64,000 bases of DNA from a virus (lineage: Duplodnaviria; Caudoviricetes): positions 4,377 to 68,376 of the IMG/VR virus record IMGVR_UViG_3300014866_000001; one strand, written 5' to 3'. The translations under genes and the position numbers were made by a program. Below are positions 63,100 to 64,000 of this stretch, piece after piece (within the stretch, counting starts at the first letter, position 1; each line of letters begins with the position of its first letter). Below the pieces are notes generated by a model. That model saw nothing but the letters and a program-made list of their open reading frames with translations. It did no database searches and was not told the origin of the DNA.

Positions 63100-63512
63100 G
63101 CCGAGACTCCTTTCATCCTCGCCTGTGTGAATTCCGCTTTCGCAGTCGTCCTTTGCCGGGAGTACGTCCTCCGGCTGGAATCGACGTGCCACGCTTACGC
63201 TTGCCGTTGAGCTGGAGACGAACGCCTTTGGACATCAGGACGCTCCTGTGTGTAAAGCCGCCCGGCACCGTGAGATGCCGGACAGCTCCGGGCTACCCTA
63301 GTCGCTCACGCAACGTTGCCCTGGGCATCACGAAAAAGTACAAAACGCCCGGTGCCCACATGCGACACCCGGGCTTAGTGGATAACCGCTTCCACAGCGC
63401 CGTGCGGGAATCATCCGAACTTTGGTCCCATATCCCAGGCACGGACTGTCTGGGAGTTCGGGGTGGTTACTGTGCATGCAATTCTCCACCATCAAATGAT
63501 CCGCTCGTGATT

Positions 63513-64000
63513 TCATGCCTTAATCAATTTCTTTGTCGTTCGATCAGCTTTGTATTTTGTGTCCGCTTCGATCCCATCTTCGCCGACGTATCCAACGCAC
63601 ACGCGGTATCTATTTCCGTCCCAGAAGCACGCTACGATCGCACCGTCATCGCCGGCAGACGCATAGCCACCAGCGCCAATTGACGCCGCTATGCCGGCCT
63701 TGCCGCGTTGCTCCGCCTTGGAGTAATTCCCGCTCGATGCCGCCGTGGAGGAATTCCCGCTCGATGCCGCCGTGGAGGAATTCCCGCTCGATGCCGCCGT
63801 GGAGGAATTCCCGCTCGATGCCGCCGTGGAGGAATTCCCGCTCGATGCCGCCTTGGAGTAATCCCCGCTCGATGCCGCCTTGGAGGAATTCCCGCTCGAT
63901 GCCGCCGTGGAGGAATTCCCGCTCGATGCCGCCTTGGAGTAATCCCCGCTCGATGCCGCCTTGGAGTAATTCCCGCTCGATGCCGCCGTGGAGGAATTCC
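63513..64000 (-). CDS. Partial phage protein with 9-aa repeats (DUF7666-like); 5' end outside the window
   Basis: (T/K)AASSG(N/D)(S/Y)S repeats, then ...RYRVCVGYVGEDGIEADTKYK... stop. Confidence 0.7.
   Translation of the reverse strand, partial: NSSTAASSGNYSKAASSGDYSKAASSGNSSTAASSGNSSKAASSGDYSKAASSGNSSTAASSGNSSTAASSGNSSTAASSGNSSTAASSGNYSKAEQRGKAGIAASIGAGGYASAGDDGAIVACFWDGNRYRVCVGYVGEDGIEADTKYKADRTTKKLIKA
63713..64000. repeat. 27-bp coding tandem repeat, more than 10 units
   Basis: GGAGGAATTCCCGCTCGATGCCGCCGT and variants, with no spacers. Confidence 0.95.

Larger units (their letters stand above)
4015..64000 (-). mobile_element. HK97-like long-tailed phage/prophage (boundaries not determined)
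   Basis: Complete packaging-head-tail module plus recombination/replication genes, nearly all co-oriented. Confidence 0.93.

Noticed and set aside
63713-64000. 27-bp repeats as a CRISPR array
   Set aside because: Units are contiguous with no unique spacers and translate as an in-frame 9-aa repeat

Overview
Almost the whole window (about 4,000-64,000) is a long-tailed, HK97-fold phage or prophage read on the minus strand. The host is probably a planctomycete, inferred from protein styles. From right to left it carries: early/recombination/replication genes (YqaJ exonuclease, RecT-like protein, replication initiator, two DNA methyltransferases, ASCH, RimI-like GNAT, two CsrA-like proteins); a compact release factor-like gene with an RF2-style CTT-TGA +1 frameshift; a lysis/virion-accessory block (CAP, beta-helix, small membrane proteins, PAS, LamG); HNH-TerS-TerL-portal-protease-capsid; head-tail joining and tail genes with the G/GT -1 frameshift and tape measure; and Cys-rich and glycosyltransferase genes. 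The standout locus (about 7,270-10,000) is a ~600-aa Cas12m/V-U1-like effector with an altered RuvC and no Zn ribbon. A mini CRISPR array (two identical 36-nt repeats plus a possible degenerate third) starts 17 nt after its stop codon, no cas1/cas2 is present, and two 60-bp direct repeats bracket the locus. The left ~3 kb holds an IS1-family transposase with a divergent RHH gene, SLATT-like cargo and a 65-nt tmRNA-TLD-like fold. I found no integrase or att site, and the last gene is cut by the window edge. All family calls come from motif recognition by eye; no searches were run.
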